Source of the DNA: Tubulanus polymorphus
Taxonomy: Eukaryota; Animalia; Nemertea
DNA: 64,000 nucleotides
Reading direction: 5' to 3'
NCBI RefSeq assembly: GCF_964204645.1
Contig: NC_134029.1
Span: 13,418,850 to 13,482,849 of the forward strand
Part shown: positions 49,997 to 62,304 of the stretch, one piece after another
Position numbering within the stretch: the stretch's first letter is position 1
How the letters are laid out: every line of letters begins with the position of its first letter
The notes under the pieces: model-generated
What the model was told of the DNA's origin: nothing
What the model saw: the letters and a program-made list of their open reading frames with translations, nothing else
Databases searched by the model: none
Made by a program: the position numbers and the translations under genes

Positions 49997-50758
49997 TTAC
50001 TCTCTACATCTTATAACTAATTCATAAATTACAGGGAAATTATTTAAATCAATTAAGTATCCATTATGATTTCTAATTTCTAATCTAAAATTATTAAAAC
50101 GAGGAATGCATGGTTTGAAATCACATTCTGTTAAATTATAATTTATTTGCGTTCCAAATTCTTTAACATTCTTCAATGGTAAAATGTTTAGTAAACCAGA
50201 ATTACAAGTTATATCTTTAGTTGCTTCGAATGTTTTTGTAGGATCGATTAAATTGCAATAAATATAAAAATGTGTGTAAGGTATTAAGTTTGGTGTAGTA
50301 GCGTCAATATTTGTAAAAGATCTATCTGGAAGAATTCCTAACAGTTTAGCTATAGGTTTTTTTACCATAAATTTATGTTTTTCACTATTAGACAACCTTA
50401 TCTTTATTCTATCAGAACTCTCACTTTTTAAAAATCTAATACTAAACCCAGAACTACTACCTAATTTGTGCCAGGCTTTTCTATTAATTTCTTGTGCTAA
50501 TGTATCTAAATTATATAACCCCGGTTTTAAATATATATAGACCCATTCATTTTTATTTTTATTAAAAATTAAAAAAGCTCTATGTTCAATAGTTTTATTC
50601 GATATATTGTAAAAAGAATTACATAAACTTATATTAACTAATTTTAAATCTACACAATTCTTGAATTCTCTATCTAATTGAACTATTAAATTATGAGATT
50701 TATAATTTGTAAGTCTTCTAGAATCAACAAATATTCTGTATTCTTTTAATTCTACCAT
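49997..50758 (-). CDS. Putative single jelly-roll minor capsid (penton) protein
   Basis: IFVDSR, SFYNIS, LKPGLYNLDTL, AKLLG, FYIYCNLI, FNNFRLEIRNHNGYLIDLNNFPVIYEL match the Polinton/PLV penton pattern. Confidence 0.8.
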   Translation of the reverse strand: MVELKEYRIFVDSRRLTNYKSHNLIVQLDREFKNCVDLKLVNISLCNSFYNISNKTIEHRAFLIFNKNKNEWVYIYLKPGLYNLDTLAQEINRKAWHKLGSSSGFSIRFLKSESSDRIKIRLSNSEKHKFMVKKPIAKLLGILPDRSFTNIDATTPNLIPYTHFYIYCNLIDPTKTFEATKDITCNSGLLNILPLKNVKEFGTQINYNLTECDFKPCIPRFNNFRLEIRNHNGYLIDLNNFPVIYELVIRCRE

Positions 50759-50775
50759 TTATTTTACATATTTTC

Positions 50776-51129
50776 TCATTCGAAATCTATTTCATGGTGC
50801 CCTTTTTCATTCTTACCTTTGTATACGAAATAGAAATCTCCAGAACATAATTCTTCTAAATCTTCACTTGATAATCTATGAAATCTATCTGGTAAATATG
50901 TTCTGAATTTATATGTATTTCCTTTTAATCCTTCATATTCTAAGTGTATAACTAATTTATCTCCATAGTTATTAGTAACTGTATCAACATCTGTAATTAG
51001 ATGTTTCTTATGGATTGTTAATTCTGTTAACTTTTTGAATTTATAATCTACAGATTTTACATTTGTTATATCTTTAATTCTATCTAGAAATAATTTGTTG
51101 TTCTCACTGTTTGCTTGTTTACTCTCCAT
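50776..51129 (-). CDS. Small putative OB-fold/ssDNA-binding protein next to pPolB
   Basis: FKKLTEL...VTNNYGDKLVIHLE...TYLPDRF...FVYKG beta-rich pattern; function is inferred. Confidence 0.5.
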   Translation of the reverse strand: MESKQANSENNKLFLDRIKDITNVKSVDYKFKKLTELTIHKKHLITDVDTVTNNYGDKLVIHLEYEGLKGNTYKFRTYLPDRFHRLSSEDLEELCSGDFYFVYKGKNEKGHHEIDFE

Positions 51130-51158
51130 TTTAATAACATATTTTTATTAAAATTTGA

Positions 51159-54100
51159 TTAACACGTTAGAATTCTTTTCATTATCTCGTTCTCTTTTGT
51201 TTCTTCTCTTTTAAATTTTAAGTATTCATCTAAATTGCAACCATAAGCAACTGTATGAATTCCATCATCTAAAATATATCTTTTATCATCAAATGGGTTT
51301 AGACTTATCTTTTCAATTTCTTCAATAAACATTTCATGATCTTCAGATCTTAAACATCTCATCTTATGTTTTCTAACTTCTTCATTGAATATACAATTGA
51401 TATAATCTTTGAAATGAATATTCTTTTCTACTACACTTTTTGTTATTCCTTTTAACTTTTTAGCTTCATGTTCTTTAGTTTTATATGAATACATTTTAGA
51501 TCGAATACCTATGAATTCAATCATTTATTCACCACCTAATTCATCTTTGAATTTACCGGGAACTTTTTTATTATCATTGCTAAACAATTCATGATGTTTA
51601 GGATAATTACTAAAATCAAAATGATGTTTTAATGTTTTTAAATCATCAGTTATGTTATCAGTTTTTATCTTTAATATGTAAGAATCTGTATCAAAATATA
51701 ATATTTCTATATGTTTTTCTCCAAAAAGTGGTTGTAATACATTATAATAGAATTCATACATTAGTAATTTTGATAATTCTAAAACTGAAGCGCCAACATA
51801 GATTGGTTTATTAAATTTCATTGATGTTCTTCTCATCTTAACTGCAGCTAAATTTTCATCAAATATTCTGTTACCTATAAATTTAGGATATGTTTGTAAA
51901 TGTCTAATTCTTTTACCATTACTGACTAACTCAATATCATTTCTATTTCTAATATACAAGTCTTACCATAGAATGCATTATTCATTAACCTGAAGAAATC
52001 TTTCTCGAAATCAGTTTTAGCTTTAGTTCTCTGTTTGGTGTTAAAATCTATATATTTTTCTAACCACTTAGATTGACTAAATGAAATATATCTATGTACT
52101 TTTTTTAGAACCATTCCTTGTTTTAGATAAAACTTTAACATTCTGTAATGTACTACATAATTATATTTATCTTCTTGAGTTACCATTAACTTTTCTGTAT
52201 GAATATGATTTTCGGGTTTAATTCTTTTTTGGTAATTTGATAATTCTTCATGAGTTACAGTTTTATGTTCGGGACAGTATGCTAGATTTCTAGATTTAAA
52301 TTTAATATGTTCAGGATATTCTAAATCTACAACAAAGAAGTAACCAGTATCTGAATCATCTGCAATATCTAGAATTCTTTTCTTCCAATCAAATTTATCA
52401 TTATTTTCATTCTGTTAAACTTCAGTTAATTCAAATACTCCATAAGGTTGTGGTTCCATCATTGCCCAACCATACAAATTATTTGCATCTATATATAATA
52501 ACTTATATACGGTGTTATCATTTACATTGGAATATCTATCACCTAATACACCTGAAACTCCTCCTCTTATAGATTTTTCAAATAATAGTAATTGATCTAT
52601 ATTTGTTAACAAATCCATTTTTATATCTGTAAATTTTAATCCACAATCCCATGTTAAACCTGGACTTGAATAACAATGACAAGGATCAATGTTAAAATAT
52701 TTTTAGTTTACATCTCTAAACCTTTCGAATATATCGGTTAATAATAATACATCTGATTTTAAATATATATCTACTAATTATCCATGATTTTCTATTTTGA
52801 AATGATTCCAAATATTCAATGTTCTATTATAGACTTCATCTTTAACATATTCATTTTTTAATTCATCAGAGAATTGTTCTTTCAATAATTCAGTTATATT
52901 GAAATCATTATGATTCTTATAAATTGAATATGGAATTGCTCCTTTATATCTCATTAATTTAAAATCATCATTATTTGGGTAGTGTTGTTTTAATATCTTT
53001 ACTTCATCATCAACTAATGATTTTGATAAGTTATCTAATGAACTATTTAAAAATCTATATGAATCTATAAATCTTAAACACCCAAATTGGAATGATATAT
53101 AATTCTCAGATGTTTTAGCTAACATTCTAAATTTATAAGTTGGTATTTTATCTTTTGATCTATTTGAATTTAATCTTTCTATTTCATTATTAATTTCTTC
53201 TATTTTATGACATAACTGTTTGATAAATAAATGTGCATCATATCCTGATAGATTATGAAATATAACTGTCACAAAGTTAATTTTCTTAGCTTGTAAGTTA
53301 CAATTCTCATGTGCAGCGCCTCTAAACTTTCCATTCAAATGATCATGGTATCTTACTTTTTTATCTCTAAAATTAAATATCTTTTCACAATAATAACACA
53401 ATAATAATTTATCTGCAAACGCAAATGCTTCTTTATCTTCTTCTGTCATAATTATTTCTATATTTGTATTCAATAATTTACTAAATCTTATTTCATATTC
53501 AATTAATAAGTCACAAAAATGATTGATAACATTTTCATTTCTATAATCATAATATTCACTTTCAATTAGTTCTGGATAATCAGATTTTATATATAACCCG
53601 AAAGCAGCAGCTGATTGATGAATCTTTTTAATTGTATTTGTTTTTGGTGGTTCATCTGAAAAATCATTTTCATTAGAATTTAATTTCTTTCTTTTATAAT
53701 ATATTTCTTTTCTATCTTGATCAGTTAATTCTTTATTTAATGATTCAAAATCTCCATATATTACAAATGGTGCTTTATTTTTGTAATCATATTTTTTGAA
53801 TTCTAATATTTTATCTTTTTCATTTGGTAAAACTAATTTACAATAATCATGATTTTCACATAATTGTTTATGATTTAATAATGTACTTTCATTACTGAAT
53901 CTATGTAAACATTTTCTACAAAGATATATTTTATGGTGATCATTTTCTGATTTAAAAAATAAATCGATTTGTTTAATCCACATATAATGATTCTCATAAT
54001 ATAGTATATCTATAATGTCGTTTGAATCATAATCTTTTGATAGATATAAAAGTTCTAATGTATAATGTTTTATATTGTTACCTTTTGTATTTGGTAATTT

Positions 54101-55194
54101 GATTAAATCAAATACATTTATCTTTATATTATTATCTCTTTCTATTTTTGGGATGTTTTTAATTCTAACAGGATACTTATCTATCTTATAATTATTTTCA
54201 AATGGTTTATAATGAGTTAATCTACAAATATTATAAGTTGCAGGATGTAAACAACTTATTATAGTCCATAGTAAACATTTATCATCAAAATTTTGTACAT
54301 TTATTACAGCATTAGTTTTAAATGGTAGTTTAATATAACTTGATGCTTCAATATCTGGTTCTTTATAATATGATACATTATTTTCATCAATTGGTTTTGA
54401 TTTAGTTAACTTATTATATTTTGTGTTATAAAAATGTAAAGTCATAAATATTATTTCATCAAATATTAAACCAGATCCTTCAAAATATTTCTCTTCTATT
54501 TTAGTTTTTACTTCATTATAACATTTATCTAATTTATCATCTATATGTTGTTTAGATATAATATGTTGTGAATGAGAATTTATATTATATATTGGTTTAT
54601 CTTCAGATTTTATAAACTTTACTTTAGAAGATATACTAATTTTAGGATATTCAACATCAGTTATTATTTTTATTATTTCTTTCATATTTTCTAAATGTTT
54701 TTTATTTTCTTCTAATGTTTTTCCTTTATGAAATTTAAACTCGATAGCTGCTGGACCAATATCACTTTTAAATGCTTCGGTTATCTCTATATCTTTTTTA
54801 TTATCTAATGAATTAATATAATTTCTTACATCTTCCATGTATGGTCTTTTATTGTTTAATTTATTTTTTATGCTTTTAATTGTCTTCTGTTTCTTATCGT
54901 TATCATTATCAAAATAATCTTCACCTAAAATATCATTATTCTTATTTCTAATATGACTTAGGATTTTAAATGTTCTTTATAATATCTTTTATCACTGAAT
55001 GATTGATTACATGTATCACATTTATATGTTTCTTTTTCATTCTTTAATTCTTCTAATTTAGTTTCTAATATATCATCTTTATATTCTAGTTTCAATTTAT
55101 TCTCTAAATGTGTTTTAGTTTTATTGTGTCTTGCTTTTTGGGATTTATCTACATTGATATTACATGTTGGACAGTAGTACTTATTTGCTTCCAT
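51159..55194 (-). pseudogene. Protein-primed family B DNA polymerase with N-terminal Zn fingers and endonuclease VII-like insert; several stops and frameshifts
   Basis: Exonuclease motifs IYGDFES and FHNLSGYDAHL; CYYC...HDHLNGKFRGAAHENCN; polymerase motifs YIDANNLYGWAM, FFRLMNNAFYGKT, YFDTDS and KKLKGI. Broken into at least 6 track ORFs. Confidence 0.95.
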
Positions 55195-55684
55195 TTTAAT
55201 ACTAAATTTTTTATTAAAATTGATTTTAGAAGTTCAATGATTTAAATGTTATTCATGTATATGAATATTTTAAGAGTAATAGGGGTAATGGGCTTTCGGG
55301 TTAAAGGTTGAATGGTCGGTCGAGTTCATTAAAAAACAAAACATTAAAAGTAATTTAAAACTATAATATATTTTCATAACCGTGTGTATTTCAGTTGAAT
55401 AATAGAATAATTATTATTATTTGAATATATTTGATTATATGAATTTGTGTATTGTAAATAAATCAATTGGTCGCGGAGCGGAGCGGTAGCGAAGTGGAGC
55501 GACCAATTGATTTAATACAATATGCTTTTTAAATTATTGATATCTTAGAATAAATATTTAGTTATAATATAAAATACACACGGTTATGAAAATATATTAT
55601 AGTTTTAAATTACTTTTAATGTTTTGTTTTTTAATGAGCTTGACCGTTCGACCTTTGATCTGAAAGCCCATTACCCCTATTACT
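55081..55684 (-). repeat. Right TIR (palindromic unit 55275-55684)
   Basis: Inverse of 37362-37950; inner AGTAATAGGGG at 55275. Confidence 0.93.
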
Positions 55685-56397
55685 AGTATGAAACCTAGAA
55701 ATATGTAGCCAATTTGGAATTGGATGAAATGTTCAAATTCAAAATAAGCCATTCGACCCTGTTATCAAACATATCAGTGTTCTTTAAAACACTTGTTAAA
55801 TATCGGAGGATTTTTAAGCCGAGCTTCAAGCATTTCGATTCCTGAACTAAAATGATTATGTGGCATGTAATTATCCAAGACTATGAATATGTTTTAGGTG
55901 ACCGTTTAAGGTGTTCCTTTTATCCGGGAAGGATTTGTTTCCGTCTAAACACGTCTAAACACGATTGCGTATGCGACCGCGAGACTCGCGGTCGCTATAC
56001 GTCAGTAAGCTGCGTCTATTAATAACATAACTTGGTTTAAGAACGTGTGTATTGCTCGGTCGTTTTTCTCATCACCGAATCGACTTCTTCATATGTTATT
56101 CGCCTCTTTAATCATTTAATCAATAAACCATCGATTGTTCCCGAGCTATAGGGTATTGATTAGTCAGCACTGAAAGGGTTAACAAGAGAGAAAGTTTCTA
56201 ACGAAAGTTATCGAATCCCCAAGACAACAATATCTGCAAGCCCATGAAATTGTAAGATATAAAATAAACAGACGCTTTCTGCCTACTAAATCACCCTTCA
56301 TGCAGGGTAAATCCATTGTCGAAGATGAAAAAACAATCACTTCAATATTCTATTAAACTTAATATTTTCCTATCTATCAAATTCCATAGAAAAAAGA

Positions 56398-56570
56398 CCG
56401 GGAACCGGGAGCCGGAACCGATTCGGCTCCCGATTCAAAATCATTTTGAATCGGGAGCCGAATCGGGAACCGGTAGCCGGCTCCCGGTTCCCGGTTCCCG
56501 GTTCAAAACCATTTTGAATCGGGAGCCGAACCGGGAACCGGGAACCGGTAGCCGGCTCCCGATTCAAAAT
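56398..56570. repeat. GC-rich nested palindrome of gggaacc/gggagcc heptamers
   Basis: ggctcccgattcaaaat|cattttgaatcgggagcc and repeats of it. Confidence 0.75.
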
Positions 56571-57305
56571 GTGAAGCTGGTTACTTATTCGATTCGACTC
56601 TATTGCGGACAGGTAAATGTTATGATTGCGTAACTATGGTGTCTGCTCTCAAGTGCTAGCCGCAACCTTGACCACCAGTCGAGACGAGGCCAATCGAGAC
56701 GTCTAAACACATCGCGCAACCAGGTGTGCTGACCGCGAGCGTTGCCCGGAGCGTTGACCTGCATTTTGACTCGGCAACTCATAATATCTTCTTTCATTCA
56801 TTGAAGGTTTTGTGAAATAAGCGAAATCCTCGGAAATTTCTTTCCTTTTAAAAACTGCCAGCTGCTGCTACTACGTCATCATTCCGATATGTATGAAGCT
56901 ACGAGATAGATTGTACGCGTGACTTGTGATATGTAGTTTTTCCCACAGCCAAATGGGTTAATGCCCTGGGCCCGGTTTAGGTGATAATTCGAATTGAAAG
57001 TGCTTTATTCTAGTTAGTGAATTCGATGATTAAATCTATTTCACAAACGCTAATTAGGGAAGAATTTACTAATTAGAAGTATCTACAAATAGAAGTCTAA
57101 TACCTGGACACAACAAATCACCAGGTGATGGCACGAGCCAATTCAGACGTCTAAACACGATTGCGTAAACATGTCTGCTGATAAGAGCTATAGTTAACCT
57201 CTACCTCAACCACCGTAACAAAGTGGAAGCCAATGGAGACGTCTTAACAAACACCACGTGCGTGCCGATGTCTGCAACTCTAGTAAATATTTGATCAGAA
57301 CAGAA

Positions 57306-57750
57306 TTAGAAAAGAATGGATTTATTTTCACCATTTCACCCAACATTTGAATGCTTGAAGAAGGATAAAATTATTTAAAATTACATGTTTAACTGAATGA
57401 ATTTTTTTTTTAATACCTGTTTATTTGTTTAATTTGTTTGCAACGGAAAATTTTCAGTCTTTGGCAATAATGAAAATGTCTGCTGATTGTGGTTTAACAC
57501 GAAACATTTGGACACATCAATTTATGACTAACCAATTAATGACAAACATTTAAAGGATTAAAACATAATTTCCGTGACCAGTTTAAGAAAATATGTCTGT
57601 CATTGATTCTTATGCCCCGCTCTAAATATTTTATTTGGTGAATCCCATTGTGTGTTCCTTGAGTTGAACATGTAATTGTAAATAATGTTATCCTCCCTCA
57701 AGCATTGAAATGTTGGGTGAAATGGTGAAATTAAATCCATTGTTTTCTAA
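57306..57750. mobile_element. Foldback/MITE-like element
   Basis: ttagaaaagaatggatttattttcaccatttcacccaacatt... is inverted at ...aatgttgggtgaaatggtgaaattaaatccattgttttctaa; TSD not identified. Confidence 0.55.
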
Positions 57751-58128
57751 CACATCAATGTATTCAGTTATCGCGACTCACAGGATGATTTGACCGATCG
57801 GATGGATTTTATTTGTCAGTTTGCTAATCGACCTAAGTGACACCGCTTGCCCGGTCGTAAGAAACCAGGTGTCCTTTTATTTAAGCATATCAATCGGATT
57901 GCCCCGTGCTCTATTAAATATTGTGAATCTAGTTTTCAAAATGATATTAGTTTTCTCTGCATGTCTGCCGAATATTTGTAAACGAAATTTGGCCAGCACA
58001 TACCATGGAAATAGTTATCAATAGAATAATAGAAATGATGTTTTATTCTCTGAAGAACCATGTTGGTGCCGGGACATTTCCTCACAGAGGGAGATATCTT
58101 CAGCGAAATGGCTGATGATGTGTTTATA

Positions 58129-60054
58129 TTTAGGGTTTTCTGTTATTTCACAGAAAACCCTATTGATATCCGCGTGATTATTATTAGGGTTTTCTGTTAT
58201 TTCACAGAAAACCCTATTGATATCCGCGTGATTATTATTATTATTATTTTCTTCCACACTATTTTTACCAAAAGAACATAGGCTTTGTTACCTTACCGCT
58301 GTTTCATATACAATCCATATAATATCGTTCAGCTCACTGAGATCTACAAATAGCCCGCGTGTTTTTTCACGAATCATCGTTACAAAAGCGCTGTCGGGCC
58401 GTAAACATCGAAAATTTAGCCCCATTCAATGGGGCGACATGTTTTTCGAGTCGTCATCCCGAAATCAACCCGCAGGCCGACTGTCACTTCGATTATCAAT
58501 TCAAGTATAAATGAACTAATTTATTACCGCAGACTTCACATTCAGTCGCGGTCTTCAAACAGTGATTTTAACAATAGCCCATTTTCCTCGTCAAATCATA
58601 TTACCGATACACTGGACATTTACTACTTTAGATTGTAAAAGCACTGTCGAGCCGTAAACATCGACGATTCGACGTGTGTTACTCCATCGTCGTTCCGGGG
58701 ATCAGCTGCGAGTTTCTCCTCATCATGAACCTACGTGAAGTGAGCCTGTTATTCCAGCCTCGTATTCAGATATAGTGTGTACACACTGTACAGCTGCCTT
58801 TAGATACTGGTTGACATGAAATGTATAACTTAGCATGACGGAGCGATGATAACTAACGTTAACGTTAGTATATAGCATCGGATACTGATACTCAAATTTC
58901 TCTGAAACAAAAACTCCAGGTTTCGTAAAAACTGAGTATATTACTGAATAGGCTCGATTGTTCAAGTAGATATATAAAGTAAATGTCTGTGCATCGATTT
59001 GTTCAGGTATTATTTCAACTCACGATTGCATCATTCCGCGACAATTCAATATTTTGGTTTTGTCGCCCGCGACAATTCATTATTTTGGTTTTATCGCCCG
59101 CGACAATTCAATATTTTGGTTTTATCGCCCGCGATAATTCATTAATTCGGTTTTATCGCCCGCGACAATTCAATATTTTGGTTTTATCGCCCGCGATAAT
59201 TCATTAATTCGGTTTTATCGCCCGGGACAATTCAATATTTTGTTTTTATCGCCCGCGACATTCCGCGACAATTCAATATTTTGGTTTTTGTCGCCCGCGA
59301 CAATTCATTATTTTGGTTTTATCGCCCGCGACAATTCAATATTTTGGTTTTATCGCCCGTGATAATTCATTAATTTGGTTTTATCGCCCGGGACAATTCA
59401 ATATTTTGTTTTTATCGCCCGCGACAATTCATTATTTTGGTTTTATCGCCCATGACAATTCAATATTTTGGTTTTATCGCCCGCGATAATTCATTAATTT
59501 GGTTTTATCGCCCGGGACAATTCAATATTTTGTTTTTATCGGCCGCGACAATTCATTATTTTGGTTTTATCGCCCGCGACAATTCATTATTTTTGTTTTG
59601 TCACCCGTGACAATTCAATATTTTGGTTTTGTCACCCGCGACAATTCATAATTTTGGTTTTGTTGCCCGTGGTTTTGTCGGAACATTAAGTTTTTTGGTC
59701 GAACAGTGTGTTAAGGTCGTTTTGGAGTTTACTCGGTCTGGTATATTTTGGATTACTGTGTATGTCATTTGTCAGGAGATTAAACAGAAGACGACTTAGG
59801 ATACTACCTTGCGTGACTCCACTAGTTAGACCGTCTCATTCCAAGATGAGGCGTTCCGTTGATTTCGGTTACAAGTTTCCGTTCAGAGATAACTGCTGAG
59901 CAATTTGGGCGACCTATCATTGATACTGTTTCCTAATAGCCTGTTTAGTAATGGCTGATGTTGAGCCTTATCAAATGCTTTGTTGAAATCCACCGTTGAA
60001 CAGGATTCTAAGACTGTGCAGAAAACCCATTATCGCTGCTTTGCAGCTATATTT
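58129..60054 (+). mobile_element. Second HINE (Helentron non-autonomous) with duplicated 5' end and central satellite
   Basis: 5' tagggttttctg...cagaaaacccta + (att)n occurs twice (54-bp unit). 3' subTIR cagaaaaccc (60019-60028) plus stem-loop gctgctttgcagc (60035-60047), identical to the hairpin at 20259. Confidence 0.75.
59036..59670 (+). repeat. 31-bp minisatellite, ~20 copies
   Basis: Unit ccgcgacaattcaatattttggttttatcgc, contiguous with no unique spacers. Confidence 0.95.
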
Positions 60055-62304
60055 CAGTTTGTTATGATTTTATATGTTATACTTAATCCAATGCCTAATT
60101 CTAATAATTATTCATATTTTGGCCAGGGTTATTAAGTACCAAATTTGAATTGTCACATCTACATGAACACCCATCAAATAACTGTGACGTGTTCCCCCCC
60201 CCCCCAAAAAAAAAAAAACTCCAACCAAGATTACGCTGGTTGAGTCCATAGAAACCACAGGGTTCCAGGTGTGTAATGATGAGAAGCTGTAAATGTAGCG
60301 TGACCAGAGCGCTTCTGTTAAACATCAATCTACAAGCGCGTAGATGAACTGAGAATACTGCCTCCCGAGCGCAAACAAATTAATTGATTGTTCCCAGTCA
60401 TAAAACGCTTTTAGTGCACGAGCAATGCAACCCCCAGTGATAGGAGAATGAATGCAACGTAAGACACTCAAGCCGCCTGTATCCGCCATGGCACTTTTTT
60501 CGTATGCTGCGTAAAATGGTTATAGTGGGATTCGAACCCAATAGCTTGTGATAAACTAGACACCTAAGTAATCGAAATACCGAACAGAAATCAACATCCT
60601 CCTATTTCAATTTCCGGAATATTATTTCGCAAAAGGTTGAAAGCCTGTTTTGGTCGATGGCTAGTGACATCATCAAGATCGCCTTTTTGTTACTCCCACA
60701 GCTAAACAACTCACTTTTAACGGTTAACCGCTGAATTTGAATTTGCTGTCAAGTGTATTCTTGCTGGCTGTTGATTAAAAGATTGTGAATCATGTTTTCC
60801 GAACGTGTTAAGCTTGTCTCCGGACCAGTTGGTGGGAATATTGGTTTGAAAAAAGAGGTAGATTGCAAGATTATAAAAATCTCACTGGGTAACACTGGTG
60901 AACGCCGCGAGCATCGTACACGGTGGTGCAGGCGAGGTGTCGCGACCGCGCGGCGGCAGGGCTTTTTAATTTTGGCTTTTGCCAGTTTTGGAGTCTTGTT
61001 ATTGCCGCCACGGCCACGTTACCACCACACTCACATTGTCGCTAGGCCTACTGTACTGCCACTACTTTACTTGCTACTTACTCGACTAAATTAATTTGTC
61101 TTCATCCACGCATACTTCCCCCCTCCCCCCCCATGTTAACAAGTAATTTCTGCCAACCGAACCACCAGTCGCAGTAGCCGTAGGCAGTATACTATAGTGC
61201 AGTAGTGGGTACCCAGTGGCATGCCATTGCCATGCCACTGGGTATAGGCCTATGTTGCCCGTACACAGTCACCACCTACTAGGCCTTAAATATTCCAACA
61301 ACCATTCCAAATCCAGCAACAAAAAATAAACAATAAATTTTAAGGCCTCGAAACAGAAGAATGGTAGTTCCCTGTATTCAGAGTCAATGAAAATGTATTT
61401 CTTGTTGCAGATAGATAGCCTAACCAATTTCAGGATAAGTACTTTTCATTCCTTTATTTATATACGTAGCCTAACTGTTTAATCCTGGCCCTGGCCACTG
61501 AGGGTGTATGCATTAGGTCTGGTCCCAGTTTCACTGAGCTAGTTAGCCAACAATTAAGCTGAGAAATTTTGTTAAGTGGCAATTCAGGGGCAGATCAGGA
61601 GAGTATACAGGGGTGTACACCCCTTAAAACTTTTAAGTTGCACTGAAATTTAAAGGAAAAATTAAAAATATCAACAAGTATTTTTAAAAAGCTTATATTC
61701 CAAAACATGTTCTCTGTAGGCCTACTTCCAAAATATAGGTATTATGTTTTCTGATGATCTGGTGCCCTTTTGATTTTTAATTATATATGATACTGATACG
61801 TATGCCCTATTTTTGGCTGCACCCCTCCCTGAATCAGTCTGCCTGCAATTAAGAGGATGTTTATAGATAATTTGATTTAGAGGAATCTTTTAATTTAGTG
61901 CCTGATGTTAGGCCTTCCACAGCCTGGTAGAGGTGGTTTAGGTGAACAAGTTGGTCTTCACACTGCAGGACTTTTAGGTGAAGGTGAAACTGGCCCTTGT
62001 TTATGCATAGGCTACTGTGTGTGCACGCTTATCTTTATGCTTATTCAATTAGAATACCCATGTAGCTACCAAATAAGCACCGCTTCAGAGGATTTTAGAA
62101 ATTTTCACTTCAATAACACTGTGTTCTATTTTTGGGCACTAGCTACTATTATGCACAATCAATCTATCACATTGATATACATATATGTGTCACTTCTTTT
62201 GCATATAGTAGGGTCTTACAGTAACCAGTGTGCTCTCTCACACCTCCCTGTGATATTGGCCTGAGACTGACAAATAATCTTTTTTGTAGCGTATTGTTCT
62301 CGTA

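Larger units (their letters stand above)
37362..55684. mobile_element. Full-length Polinton/Maverick (adintovirus-like) endogenous element, 18.3 kb
   Basis: 5'-AG...CT-3' termini, ~600-bp TIRs, 6-bp TSD AGTATG (37356-37361, 55685-55690); pPolB, rve integrase, A32-type ATPase and capsid-like genes. Confidence 0.96.

Noticed and set aside
56316-56633. REP-rich ORFs on both strands
   Set aside because: Produced by the GC-rich palindromic repeat.
59036-59670. CRISPR-like 31-bp repeats
   Set aside because: Units are contiguous with no unique spacers, no cas genes are present, and the context is eukaryotic.
60520-60545. tRNA-like gggattcgaacc (also ~30220)
   Set aside because: Only a B-box/T-arm word; no cloverleaf could be built. 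At most a SINE remnant.
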